A stretch of DNA of 60,040 nt, the filler included, from Sphacelaria rigidula (Eukaryota), in NCBI GenBank assembly GCA_964200075.2. It is 8 parts of 8 records of this genome, joined end to end, with 100 filler letters (N's around TTAATTAATTAA, not from the genome) between each part and the next. Parts side by side here need not be neighbours in the genome. Positions count along the whole stretch, not along the records: positions 7,519 to 14,936 come from CAXNAA020015016.1; positions 15,037 to 22,454 come from CAXNAA020015017.1; positions 22,555 to 29,972 come from CAXNAA020015018.1; 5 more parts are not named here. One strand, 5' to 3'. The notes under the pieces were generated by a model that was not told the DNA's origin, searched no databases, and saw only the letters and a list, made by a program, of their open reading frames with translations. This document shows positions 11,568 through 24,207 of this stretch, piece by piece. The translations under genes were made by a program, and so were the position numbers. Each line of letters opens with the position of its first letter. The first letter of the stretch is position 1.

Positions 11568-12671
11568 TGTTGGAATATAGGGTATCGGTTGGGACGCAGG
11601 GCGCATCGAAGGCGCCGAGAGGAATTGTTTGCGTCAATGATACGTGAAGCAGCGGTGCACACCTTCGTGCCTCCTTTTTCGTGTTCCGGTCTATTTTTAT
11701 GGCATCGTTCTGGCGTCCTGTTGTAGTACAAAAGCACATGGAGAACGGGTTTGCCCTGGGCCAGTTACTAGCTGACTAGTTGGCTTTTGTTTTCGCTAGT
11801 CTTCGTCCCGTCTGCTTCGTTGGTACCTCGTGACCCTGCAGTTTTCCGTATTTCGACCATTCCGTGTAGGCCGACGGCTGTTCAGGCGAATGAGGACATT
11901 TTAAGACAGAAGAAGGAATTGTGACTTATATTCGATGTATACGATGGGACGCTTGGTGCGGAACTGCCGAATGCTAAACCCCAATTGCGAATCGCCGATG
12001 GCCAATCGCGTGATGGAAAGTGATCTGAACATGATGCAGCACATGCCTATCTCACCTCGAAGTGATGTAGCGGATACATGCCAAGGTTTTGTCGTGCCAC
12101 ACATGTGGCCAATCGGCTCCCATTCAGCGGAATTGTTTTTGTTCAACCCTCGGGGTATTTTGTGTAGTATACGAACTGGGCCAGCTGACAGTGTTCTTTG
12201 AATGAAGAATGGAAATGCAATTGGTGATTCGAAAGGTTGGGCGCTGAAATTTCAACACGACCTTTTTTGTCATCAACCCGCGCTACCCTGTGGGAGGTGC
12301 AGCGGAAAAAACAAAACAAAATCAGTAAGTTAGAGCGAGTTAAAGTTTCAGCAAGAACAGAAATAATGCCACAACTTCGTGAAAAATTAATAGAAACGGC
12401 TGAAGTTGTGATGGGGGATGCGAATGCAGGATTCACTGCTGGCCCAGCTCGTAGTAATACTCTGCTCGATTCGCTGCTGCTTGCTCGGGAGTATTTGCAG
12501 TCCTCTGCAATCCTCTGGAGGGTTTGATTCACTCCGGAGGAACACGTGCCCTCTCGAGGTTTCACATACCATATACTCTCGAGCAATCTTGACCCTCTGG
12601 AGTATGGTCTTCTCTGAGATACGCTCGAGGTACAAGCCGTGTGGCAAGTAACTCCAGAGGAATATTTGCAC

Positions 12672-12886
12672 TGTGTGTGTTGTCATCCCATTTATTTTGG
12701 GCACCAGTCTACACCTTTCTGGTATGTGTGGGCGCATCAGCCGGGGTCACACGGGAGGGAGGTCAACACAGGAGCTTATTTCTTTTTGATTTGTTTTTAA
12801 TACCCCACCTTACTTCTGCGGTGCTTGCCTTCTATTTTTTATCGCGAAAGGGGTCCAGCAGTCCCTTTCCCTCGTCGACCGTTAAG
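12672..12886 (+). repeat. Dispersed repeat family, copy 3
   Basis: Same family as 6350-6575 in the opposite orientation; ends at an internal N gap. Confidence 0.8.
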
Positions 12887-13489
12887 NNNNNNNNNNGCAT
12901 AGTGTGAGAAAAGATTCCAGATCGCTCCAGGAATCGAAGCCCCCTACTCAACCATCAGAACTCTAGAGCTCTCATACGTCGTATGCTCTTCAAGTCTGGA
13001 CAATCTGAAGTATGTAATATACTCTACTATTCAGTAATTTCGAGGGAGGGGGCGATTGGCCACGTGTGCATTGCACGATATCTGAAAGCAAAAGTAGCGA
13101 ACGGTAATACGCGACCACACAGTTCAATACACACCGTGGCTTACTATTCCACTACATGCGTGTTTGTCGACGCCGGGCGTGACGAATTATGCGCTCTTAT
13201 TTGTCCCCACGTGCTGCCGACCTTGGCCTCCCTGTTCCCATCCTCCGCCGCTCATGGGGAGTCTCTGCCGCTGCATGCTTCAGAAGAATGCGTTTCGAAT
13301 CGTTCATCGGCTTGAATGAGATTTGAATGCCATCTAAGCTTCGTAGCTCCTCAATGTACAGGATCACAGTTTTCACCATTATCCACAATTTTTGAACGGC
13401 AGCAATCCAAACATGCAACTTTTCTTGGCTCCGGGGGAGGCGTTGTAGCGTGCGGCTTCGCCGCTCGCCACTGATGTTCCAGTTGATCA

Positions 13490-13613
13490 CCCAATCCGCG
13501 AGATCAAAATACAAGGCGTGTACCGGGGAGAAATAGATGGGTCGATCCCTTGAGACCACGGACTCGCCCCAAGGAAGGGGAGGGATTCAAAGTGTGACTA
13601 AGAAAAAAAAAAA
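13490..13613 (+). mobile_element. 5'-truncated SINE tail ending in poly-A
   Basis: Reverse complement of 5236-5340, followed by an A tract. Confidence 0.65.
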
Positions 13614-13761
13614 TGGAAATACAGCACGAGGACAAGAAAACAGAAACGAACAGAAGAAACTTCTCCAAGTGTTTTTATTTCCTCGGTTCAAAGTGAATTC
13701 AACTCACTAATTGCGGAGAGGAGCAACCATCGTCCGCGGGGAAGCGATGACCGAGCCATGG

Positions 13762-14206
13762 TGAGTGTTGGGGTGAGGTCTGGTATTTCATGGTATCGAG
13801 ACGTTTCCAATACAGCGCCAAAATCTCGGGGAAGTTTTTGTTTATTATTGGTCATGTGCTCGTTTCTCCCACGTGCTCTCTTGTTCCCTCATTTGCGGGT
13901 CTCCCCGTGCCTGTGATGAGCAGCTGTGGACAGATGGACAGGGTTACTTCGTGGAGCAGGCGTGCGGACGGTCGAACGGACGTTGCTTTGGGCACACCGT
14001 CGAGATCCCTCCCACGTAGTCACACGCGCAGGGAGATGCGTAAAATAAGTTACATGAGAGCGCAACGAACGTGCAAACAGCAAGCACGTGGGGGCAACGA
14101 GTACATGTCGGAACAAAGAAAAAACAAGTTCCCCTTCCCCGAGATTTTGGCGCTTTATTGGAAAGTCTTGATACCATGAAATACCAGACCCCACCCCACC
14201 ACTTAT
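13762..14206. mobile_element. MITE with long (~120 bp) imperfect TIRs
   Basis: GGGGTGAGGTCTGGTATTTCATGGTATCGAGAC...AGCGCCAAAATCTCGGGGAAG mirrored by CTTCCCCGAGATTTTGGCGCT...GATACCATGAAATACCAGACCCCACCCC. Confidence 0.8.
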
Positions 14207-14257
14207 CGAGCAACTGGGGAAAACATCCATGCACCCGCCACTTCAAACTTGACTGAC

Positions 14258-14687
14258 CAGAGCTGCCAGATCGCAGCCGTAGTACTTTGAAGTGTCGATG
14301 CCCTGAGTACCTGGAGTGCTCGGTACTTCTGGCAGTCGATAACTGGGGTTCCGTGGAGAACTCTGCACGTTCGTCAATCAGTACGTCGAGTTACCCTGAA
14401 AAAATCGGAGTTTGCGGCAGTCAATACAGGGGGTACGCGGAAAGTACTCGGGTGAACTCGGGAATCGATGCTTTAGATACCCGATATACTGGGTAATTTC
14501 GACAGTGGGTACCTAGGGCACTTGGAATACTCGGTAATTTCGGCATGCGATACCCTTAATCCGCTTGAATACCCGGTACGTTCGGCAATCGATACCCCTG
14601 CAATTCTGGGATACTCTGTAAAAGCTCGGCATTCAATATCTTTTGGTACATGCGGAGGCACAGGACATATGTGAGCTGTCAGCTCCC
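14258..14687. mobile_element. Degenerate non-autonomous TIR element with GATACC / GGTACT motifs
   Basis: Weak terminal match CAGAGCTGCCAGATCGC vs GTGAGCTGTCAGCTCCC, with short motifs repeated inside. Confidence 0.35.
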
Positions 14688-14936
14688 AAGGGACTCGAAT
14701 GTGTCCGTGTACACTAAAACCTGATATTTGATCAACCATGGATGTTGTCAACCAGTTCGCGTAACCTCTACCGGCCAAATGAAGTGTTTTTTTCAACATG
14801 TGTCCAATAGTTTACCTCGTAGGGTCATCATCCATCCGATGGGGGGGGGGGGGGGGGGGGGAAAAAAACAATTCCTAAGTTGGTGGGGAGGGGTACAAAC
14901 AGTGGTTCCAAAAGAAAGATTTCGAAAATAGTGGGA

Positions 14937-15036
14937 NNNNNNNNNNNNNNNNNNNNNNNNNNNNNNNNNNNNNNNNNNNNTTAATTAATTAANNNNNNNN
15001 NNNNNNNNNNNNNNNNNNNNNNNNNNNNNNNNNNNN
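14937..15036. other. Artificial contig linker
   Basis: N44-TTAATTAATTAA-N44. Confidence 0.98.
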
Positions 15037-15502
15037 CGAAGTTAAACCTCAATTCGCACAATTTGTTGTTACTACGTGTTTTGAAGGTTTGTACAGCTAA
15101 ACGTTCACGTCACGTTTCGTGTGGCACCTTCAAAAATTCACGTCACCTTACCGTGCTATTTGAAGTCTTGACGGTCACGCTGCGTCAAGTTCAGCGTGTG
15201 AAAAAACTTCACCGTTCACGTTACGTTCCGGCCGAAACTTGACGTGAATGTAACGTGTAATGCTGTACCACGTGTAACATGACTAGCCCTGAAAATGACC
15301 AACGGAGGCACCGGGGCGACCGGCTCATCGAAATGCAGAGGGACTTCTGGCTTCTTTCCGCACAGCACTCGTGGTCGGTAGCACGCTATAATCAACAACG
15401 GAATGGATGGCCTACTCTTCACGACCTATTTACGGGCACAGCAAAGGTAGCCGAAGCTGACAGTATCGGCACACTCTATATCGAGCATCCCAGATTTCAT
15501 AT

Positions 15503-15700
15503 TCTGAACCCTTGCCCTACCTGGGGACGAGCCCGTGGTCTCAAGAACCCATCTCTCCCCGCTACACGCTCCGTCTCAAAAGGGATGCGTGGTCAATGGT
15601 CAAACGGCTAAGGCAAGCAATAAATGTGTACGCCCCTCCCCTCGTGTACAGCCTGATCCGGCGAGAACCCGGCGTGCTCCGCCCCGGATTTGTAGGGGCG
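15503..15700. repeat. Composite SINE-tail repeat
   Basis: Joins modules seen at 5236-5305, 7139-7200 and 8704-8750. Confidence 0.6.
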
Positions 15701-16249
15701 GACCCCGATGGGATTAGCGTCGGTTGGCGATGACGCTGTGAAACACACCACTCAGTGCGTAAGCTAGGGAGCCAGGTCACCGATTGTTTTGCGCGCTCGC
15801 GCTTTCTTTTACGGTAAGCATGGTGGTAGTCGAGCTCGGTCGTGTTGTGTGGCGTGGGAGAACCTCAACTCCGCACAAGGGATAATCGTACTACGTAGTG
15901 TTCAAATAGTGAGACATCCATGAGGCCGTGTATAACCCGTGGCTGTCTCTGGAAGTAGCGAGACCAGAAAATGAAGCAACTCATTATAGGCTGTCATCCA
16001 AATGCAAGATAATCAGCAGGCTTCGGATCGAACTTCTTTGAAGGATACTGCTCACCCTTCATGCGACTCGCTGGATGCACCACGGCGCTTCGCGCTTGGT
16101 GCTTGAGTGCGAGCCTGGTCCGGCGAAAACCCGGCGTGCTCCGTCCCGGCTTTGTAGGGATGCGAGGTCAATGGTGTTCATGGCTATGGCATGCATGATC
16201 ATGAGTAGTACCCCACGGTATATGCTTCGCATTTTAGTCTCGCGAATTG

Positions 16250-16445
16250 GTTAAACACCTCCGCATGGCGTCAACTCTCGTCAGACGAACGCATGTCAAC
16301 TGCTTTTTATTCACACACATACTCACGCTTTTGACGGTGGAAGTTAGATGCCTCGATCATGATAACCAGCGGATTTGGCAGGAATGGAACTCACATACTC
16401 TCAACCATAGCGGTAACAGTCATACCATTACACCATCAGGTCGAA
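16250..16445 (-). mobile_element. Degenerate tRNA-derived SINE copy
   Basis: ACCATTACACCATC (A-box, reverse complement) and a body similar to 5345-5525. Confidence 0.55.
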
Positions 16446-19400
16446 GCGAGGGGGAACTGATTCCTCACTTTTTACAGCCGCTACTTTTGTGACGCGTGTC
16501 GTGCGTCGCCGTATCCTCTCCTATCTGGGCATCTCCCCACTCTTCCCCCACACCTACTGTGGCGTTTGCACACCCTGCGAAAAAAAAGGGCACTGCGCCG
16601 TACAGACAGTGAGTTGCAGCACACGGCCATACTACTATTTTATTGTCTGCACTGACTATGCAGTAAATTATCGATTCGGAACACGTACGAATGCGTTAGT
16701 TTGTTACATGTACGATATGTTGAACAACGGTTCACTTTAGAATGCATCCGCCGAGCGTACGCGGAACACGCGTCCACTTCAAAACATACGGGTGTGACAC
16801 GCAGAAAGTATCTATATGTTTGTAACAACTGCAAGTGGCATACGTGAAATACCTATCTATAGTGAAGGGTATGTGAACGACATGGGTACAGCACCTGTTT
16901 TCTAGAAGGATTAGGCCCAGCACACGTGGAGCAACTGTTCACCCCAGAGACGGCTCTTTCAAACATTTACAGGTATTTTCGTTTTTCGGCACAACTCTTT
17001 GGAACGTTTTCAGATTTTCATGAGTTGAGAAGAACCTTCTCAGACGTATCATCAGACCATCTGTAGGTTCATATCAATGTTTTCGAACGATATGATATAT
17101 GTCTGTGGGTTTCTGTACATGTTTGCTTGATGTAGATGAGAAGATCAAAGACATGCCATTATCAGCACACACGAGGTGACCCCGTTTTCTCTGTAAAACC
17201 GGTCACACACCTCTCACAATATTCCCTTGTAATTGTACAACTGACCGACTGGCATCAGACTGTGCTAGTTGGATATTAACACGTACACACGTGCGACAGA
17301 AAGCTGAAGATATTTGATTGTATACATATATACAGATTGGCGTACGCGCGTGCTCTCAATGGGATTCGGCAGATATCGATATTTTTCTCTTCAAGAACAC
17401 TGACCACGTCCTGTACAAGTATGACGAATCACTGGCTTCCAATCATCGGATGAATCGCCGTCCAGCACGCGGGATACCCGTTTTCCATTCCTAGCGATCG
17501 AGCGAAACACAATCAGGGCCGATATGGACGTTCCCAGATACACACCAGTTGAGAACAACGTTCACTGACGTTTGCAGGTATTCTGCGATCTCGAACCAAC
17601 GTTTTACAATGCTGTATGATTTTCTGCGAGTCTTGGGCATCATTCCAAAGGTTGGCAGATCGTTTATGCCAGGAAAACTTGGAATGTTTTATATCAGATA
17701 TGTGGAGCAGGGGGATATTTTTCATGTGTCGGATGTGTTGAATATTCATGCGGCAGGAACGAGCATGTTCGTTTCTGTTGCTTGCTTTTAAAAATAAACG
17801 GAGCGCACGCGTCAACAGTAAGCGCGACCAACGCAATGCCGCCCGTCCGATCATCAATACTGCAATGCGTCAAGGTGATTGGTACACGCTTTTCGGTCTC
17901 GCGCTTGCCGAACAGGCAGCATGCCTTGCTTTTTCTGACCACAGCACCGCGTGGCAATGCATAGTGGGTGTGCTCAACAGTACAGCCACTCTGTGCAATG
18001 CCGGTCGTGAACATGAGACGCAACTTAGATGCGGATTTTATGTGCAAGCGCCTTATATACCTGATGATTGAACTGTGACATTTTCCACCTACTCACATCG
18101 CAGATGCGTCTCACATAGTACATGCTATCACGCCGCACATTACTTGGGTTGGGGGGCTGTGTTTCGGATGCATGCACCCTCTTCAAAGCGGCAGTCAACT
18201 TTGCTCCCGATGTCATGCCGGTGAGCGCGTGGTTAGTGTATTGGTATGCTCTGCCTCATAGGTGACTGACAAGGACGTGCTCTGTGCAAGTAGGTTTCAT
18301 CATTCATGAATCCCATCGAGAATAACAGTTTATTTTCTGAGAATATCCGAATGGTCTTGTCCCGTTGTTCAATAGGTTTGCTCGGTATTACTTCGTACAA
18401 CGGGAATGCCACCACAGTGCAGTCAACATTACTCGTCCTACTTGTCATATTTTCTATCCGCTGAACTACTGAAAGTAGCTCCATTTCACCAGTATGGTGC
18501 AGGGGCCTACCACAGTGCGGTGATCTGGGCATTAGATCCACCGTACTCTGCTGAGATCCCAAATAGGACGTATAGTGTGTGCCCAGGATAGCTTTTAGTA
18601 TACGCTGGGATAGGTAACACATGTGCATCATGAATCATTGTGTTCATGTGTCGATACTCCTGCAGCAGACAAAGATCTACACCGTTGCCTGTCGTGAGTG
18701 CGTCCCTCATTGGCGAGGGGCTCCCCTTCTTTCTTATACAGTATCTTGTTGAAGTAACCCTCACGGGCTCACTGCTACTCACGAACAGCTGTACAGGGTC
18801 GCCCTCACACCTTGTGTAGTTCATTCACGCCAGACAAACGTACACAGGGTCGCTAAAACTTGTCCGGATGGTGTACAGGGGGCAATCTTCCCAGGTACAA
18901 GTCATATAAGCACAGTACTTGCCACCTTGCACCAAACTGTACCGTTGCCTTTGAATTCACGGCGAGCGCAGTATCCATGCGTCGACACCACACAGTACCC
19001 CATCAGGCATGATTCATGTGGCCTCGTATGTGTATTCTCACCACTGTGGCTTTTGAACACCATCAGCGGCCACGGCAGAACACAGCACATCGGCTCATTG
19101 GTACCATTACAATGATGACAATCCGGTGCCTTTGCGTATCGAAGCTCTTGTGCAGCCTGTCTTACATGCGATCAGAAGCCATGTTGATCCAGTACAGACA
19201 CCAGAAACAAATCAAGTAGCGGGGAGTGAATGCTTCCTTTCCATGACGGCGCGTAGCTGGCAGGGCCTTTTGAAACATCTCACCGCCGATGCACGGACCG
19301 CGTTGCGATAGTGCATCTCCGAGTTACCGTCTTGACCTGAGGTGCTGTGCGAGCTAGAATACATTGCCGACGAGATTTTGAACACTGCTTCTAATTGTGC

Positions 19401-20008
19401 AACGAGGAATACCCAGCAGGAAATTGACGATAAGATCATGGCCTAGAACATGGCCTGGGCCATGTATCTACAGTTGCTTTCGCACGACGGCGTGCATCTG
19501 CTGAACCTTGTCCAGCCGGTATCGATGCATGAACCTCGTCCTTCTAGTGCGTCTTGGCGTTCTCGTGCTATATGGTGCTATGTAGACGGAGTGTGCGTCG
19601 AAACGATGACAGCAGATATGATAGCTGTAATGCTGTCGGTTCAAATTTACTGTCTCGTCTCTGTTGAAGTGTGGGCAGGCTTTTGTGGTGCTATGGTGCT
19701 TTGGCATGTTTTCCGCCGCACAATTATCCTACTCTTGTACTGTAGCGCTTGATTCGCCGTCGACCCCTACTGCTATAGTGTACAGGATGTCCCGTTCGCC
19801 AGAACTCTCTTGCAAGTGGTGCTGCAGTTGTTAGGGTCAGCTTACGTGTAGCGTCGTCTGAGTTGAATGCAGGCAAATGCTTTTTCTCCGGAGTATGTAC
19901 CCAAACAAAAATGCCGATCGTTCTGCAAAGCATTCCAACTCGCTTTCACACATGGCTCACGGCAGACTTCCCGCCGGTTTGGCTTTTTGTGCTACCGTGA
20001 GCAGTTAG

Positions 20009-22039
20009 TCCTCGAAGAAGCATCACGCGAAGGACCTGACGGTCGACGTCGCAGAAAAAAGGTGCATCACCAAGGGCTGCTCAGAGCCGCCATATCACTG
20101 TGCACAGGGCTACACGGCGGAGTTCTGCTCCAAACAAGCGACGGCGAGAGGGGTGAATGTGAAGAAGTGCGGCGACGAGGGCTGCTGCTTCAGGCCGTCT
20201 CAAGGAGTAGCTGGAGGCAAGAAAGCGGAGTTCTGCTTTGAGCACGCTAGGGCGGGAATGGTTCACGTGACAAGCAAGAAGTGCGGCTACGAGGGCTGCT
20301 CAAAGCACCCGTCGTATGGCGTAGTTGGAAGCAAGAAGACCGAGTTCTGCTTCAAGCACGCTAGGGCGGGAATGGTTCACGTGAAAAGCAAGAAGTGTGG
20401 CTACGAGGGCTGCTCAAAGCAGCCGTCTTTTGGTGTGGTTGGGAGCACAAAGGCGGAGGTCTGCTTTAAGCACGCCAGGCCGGGGATGGCAAATGTTGTG
20501 AGTAAGAAGTGCGGCTACGAGGGCTGCTCCACGAGGCCGTATTATGGTGTAGTAGGAAGCAAGAAGGCGGAGTTCTGCTCCAAGCACGCTAGGCTGGGGA
20601 TGGTGGACGTGAAAAGCAAGAAGTGTAACTACGAGGGCTGCTCAAAGCACCCGTCGTATGGTTTAGTAGGAAGCAAGAAGGCGGAGTTCTGCTCCAGGCA
20701 CGCTAGGCCGGGGATGGTGGACGTGAAAAGCAAGAAGTGTAACTACGAGGGCTGCTCAAAGCAGGCGTCTCATGGTGTAGTAGGAAGCAAGGAGGCGGAG
20801 TTCTGCTCCAAGCACGCCAGGGCGGGGATGGTGGACGTGATGAGTAAGAAGTGTAGCTATGTGGGCTGCTCCACGAAGCCCTGTTATGGTGTAGTGGGAA
20901 GCAAGAAGGCGGAGTTCTGCTCCAAGCACGCCAAGGCGGGCATGGTGGACGTGATAAGCAAGAAGTGTAGCTACGAGAGCTGCTCAAAGCAGGCGTCTTA
21001 TGGTGTAGTAGGAAGCAAGAATGCAGAGTTCCGCTCCAAGCATACCAAGGCGGGGATCGTGAATGTGCGAGTTAGTATGTGCGGCTACGAGGGCTGCTCG
21101 ACTCGGGTGTCTTGCGGTGTAGTGGGAAGCAAGAAGGCGGAGTTCTGCTCCAAGCATGCCATAGCGGGTGTGGTGAATGCTGTGAACAAGAGTTGCGGCT
21201 ACGAGGGCTGCTCCACTACGGCGTCTTATGGTATAGTGGGAAACAAGGCGGAGTTCTGCTCCAAGCATGCCAGGACGGAAGTGGTGGATGTGGTGAACAA
21301 GAACTACAGCAATGAGGGATGCTCCAACAGGCGGTCGTACGGTGTCGCGGGTAGCGCAAAGGCAACGTCCTGCTCTCAGCATGCCAGGGCGAGAATGGTG
21401 AATATGTGGAGCAAAAGGTGCAGTGAAGTGGGGTTCTCCAAATGAGTTATCCACGAGAAGCACAAAGTTGATGGAGCGACGTTTTGCCGAGAACGCACTA
21501 CTGCACGTAACACAGCTGCGATGTCTGATACCGCAAAGCTCAACACGGGGGAGGGCGCCCCCGGCCGTCGCCCGACGGAGGACAGTGAAGAAAACGTTGC
21601 TCATGTACGAAGAACGAAACGAAATCGCACGGCATTCTCGGGTCCTGTTGCGAACGACTATGTTGGTGCTCGCCGCAATGCCGATGCCGGTACCATGCAG
21701 GGTGTAAGAACGCCGTTGCTCTCGGGATGCCCAGTTTCAAGGACTGGTGGAAAGGTGACTTTTGGGACAGAAGCAGGAGTAGGGATGAAGGTAGAGGTGG
21801 CAGTCCCTTCTCCTACTCACGGTGGCGATGCGACGAGGGAGTGTCGTACGTTTGTTGCCTCTTCGAGCAGTTGGAGAAGCGCGCGTGGTGGTAGTGGCTT
21901 TGTCAGCAGTGATGGTTAAGTAATGGGCAGATATGTAGCTCCCCGGCAGACGTACCTGGACGCCTGGGCGAAGTTGATGATGTTGGTTTCTGACGAGGCA
22001 AAACAGGATTCGAACGTGAAGTTGGAGCTAGGAGTGTAA
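20009..22039 (+). pseudogene. EsV-1-7 cysteine-rich repeat gene, locus A: 11 repeats plus degenerate flanking repeats; tail disrupted
   Basis: Open frame 20009-21442 of 38-aa KKC-x4-C-x16-C-x2-H repeats. After TGA 21443-21445 the same frame continues into a tail homologous to locus B (TKRNR, MKVEVAVPS, DEAKQDSNVKLELGV*), with a further stop/frameshift near 21915-21990. True start unresolved. It could still encode a truncated ~430-aa repeat protein. Confidence 0.85.
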
Positions 22040-22454
22040 AGTGTGAATCCTCCGGCGTCCGAAGCATGGTAGATGACACTATTTCTTTTACCGGCGCCTT
22101 TGCTCAGATTGACGTAGGAGGGTGCTGGTGTGTGCTCGCGTATGTTGTCAGCGGTCTCAAACAACAATTAACAGGGGATTCTATAAAATGAGGTTCATCA
22201 ATGAAATGAGGTTTGAAGACCCTAGCCGTTGAATGACGAAAAGCCGTCAAGATTACCGTACGACGCTGCTGATGCGCAATTTTTAGGAGGAGTAGGAAGT
22301 GCGTCCGTGGTTTCACATGCCGCCCATCCCTGGTTAGCTGCGGGCGACGGAGCATAACAACGCTTGTTTGATTGTCGACGGATGTTTCCACTGTTGTTTA
22401 GCTCGAGGCTCGTGCCCAGACTAAAATCTCGGGCGTCAAGTTGCTGTCAGTAAG

Positions 22455-22554
22455 NNNNNNNNNNNNNNNNNNNNNNNNNNNNNNNNNNNNNNNNNNNNTT
22501 AATTAATTAANNNNNNNNNNNNNNNNNNNNNNNNNNNNNNNNNNNNNNNNNNNN
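22455..22554. other. Artificial contig linker
   Basis: N44-TTAATTAATTAA-N44. Confidence 0.98.
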
Positions 22555-22660
22555 TATTTTGAAATCTCGTACCTACGATACCTACGATACCAGGGTATTT
22601 CGAGATTTTACTACCTACCGTAAAATACCGGGGGTGCCCCCGGTATTTACTGAACGCGAT
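22555..22660 (+). repeat. Fragment of the ATACCTACG-repeat family
   Basis: TACCTACGATACCTACGATACCAGGGTATTTCGA, as in 23755-24140. Confidence 0.7.
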
Positions 22661-23688
22661 ACACTCCCCGCGATGCAACAGCTGGTGCCAACTCACGCTC
22701 AGACCAAAAGCTATCGGAACAGGCACGTCTTGTCTTCACAAGTAAATAATACCGACTTCCCCCCTGATTTTTGTGTTTGGATCGAATCGAATGAATGATT
22801 CTGACGTCTGATGTTTTTGGTGTGTGGGGATGAATTTTACATAATCATTTGAAGGTATACATTGTTCCATGTCGAAGATGAGGATCATGCGCAATAACAT
22901 TCCACGTGCAAGCAAACAAGTAGATAATAACGAAAATGAGGGAAACACAAAAACGAAGTGTGGCATGAGGCGTACAATATACACAACAATGTGTCAAAAT
23001 ATCAATTAAGTAAACTTTCATATTACTCTACCGTAAATACTGCGAAATTGCCGGGTGCTTGAATGAAAAAATACAACTACACATGGAGGGGCAAACCCTA
23101 CTCTTGCGCACTTCTACACCTGCTCGCACGTACTACTGCAATACGTTGGTGTCGGGAATTTCGGCCATACCTCCTCGAAATGAAAATCGAATCATTCAAT
23201 CTCAACTTGGCACATACTACCGCACTATTTTCAGAGCGCTTTAGTCCCTGCATCCGCGCCAACAACCACTATAATCACCACGCGGTACCCATGATCGATC
23301 TATGGATTGGGTGTCTAACCCTGTCAGATGGTGACAGCAAATCCAGCTGTGACCAGGGCGGAGAGTATAAAAAAAGAAAAATCATGCAAATGTCCGACAG
23401 CAGCAAGGAAAAAAGAGTCCCACGTATTGCACATAGAGAACGAAAACAAACATAGCCAAATATCATGCTGCTCGCATCGCTCCAAAAGCATATGAGCGCA
23501 GGGATGTCGCGTCAGCTGCCATTCGCGCTGGCTCTCGTTCTCTCCCTCGGTCCGGGATGCATTGTGTTCGGGTGGGGGGCGACTTCCAACCTGGGGCACC
23601 TGAAAACTTCGACTGCTCAACTTGCACCCAGATCTGAAACGCTTCGCGCTGCCAGATGACAGTTTTGAATCCGTTATAGAGGGTAAGG

Positions 23689-24207
23689 CAGGTACCCGGT
23701 ACCGGTATTTGGGACATCTCATACCCTACCGATACCGACCCAATCCGTTATATTGAAATGTCATACCTACGATTCCTACGATTCCTACGATACCAGGGTA
23801 TTTCGATATTTGAATACCTACCGTATCCACCCAATCCGGTATTTTGGAATGTCATACCTACGATACCTACGATACCTACGAAACCAGGGTATTTCGATAT
23901 TTGAATACCTACCCTACCCGCCCAATCCGGTATTTTGGAATGTCATACCTACGATACCTACGATACCTACGACACCAGGGTATTTCGATATTTGAATACC
24001 TACCCTACCCGCCCAACCCGGTATTTTGAAATATCATACCTACGATACCTACGATACCAGGGTATTTCGATATTTGAATACCTACCCTACCCGCCCAATC
24101 CGGTAGTTTGAAATGTCATACCTACGATACCTACGCATACCACGATATGGGATACCCTGGTGAATACCGGGGGTACGCTCGGCACGGTACCTTATCTACG
24201 ACACCTG
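23689..24207 (+). repeat. Element with a 91-bp tandem repeat (~4 copies) containing nested 9-bp ATACCTACG units; CAGG...CCTG ends
   Basis: Unit starts at 23755, 23846, 23937, 24028, 24110 (spacing 91, 91, 91, 82; the last lacks one 9-mer). Confidence 0.8.

Noticed and set aside
11935-12650. Coding-looking stretch (..REKLIETAEVVMGDANAG..)
   Set aside because: Interrupted by stops and no motif recognised; may be a decayed gene or TE but cannot be supported.
17370-18071. Short ORFs upstream of locus A as viral or partner genes
   Set aside because: No recognisable motifs or consistent splice structure.
23755-24140. CRISPR-like array
   Set aside because: Units repeat in full with no unique spacers; no cas genes; eukaryotic context.
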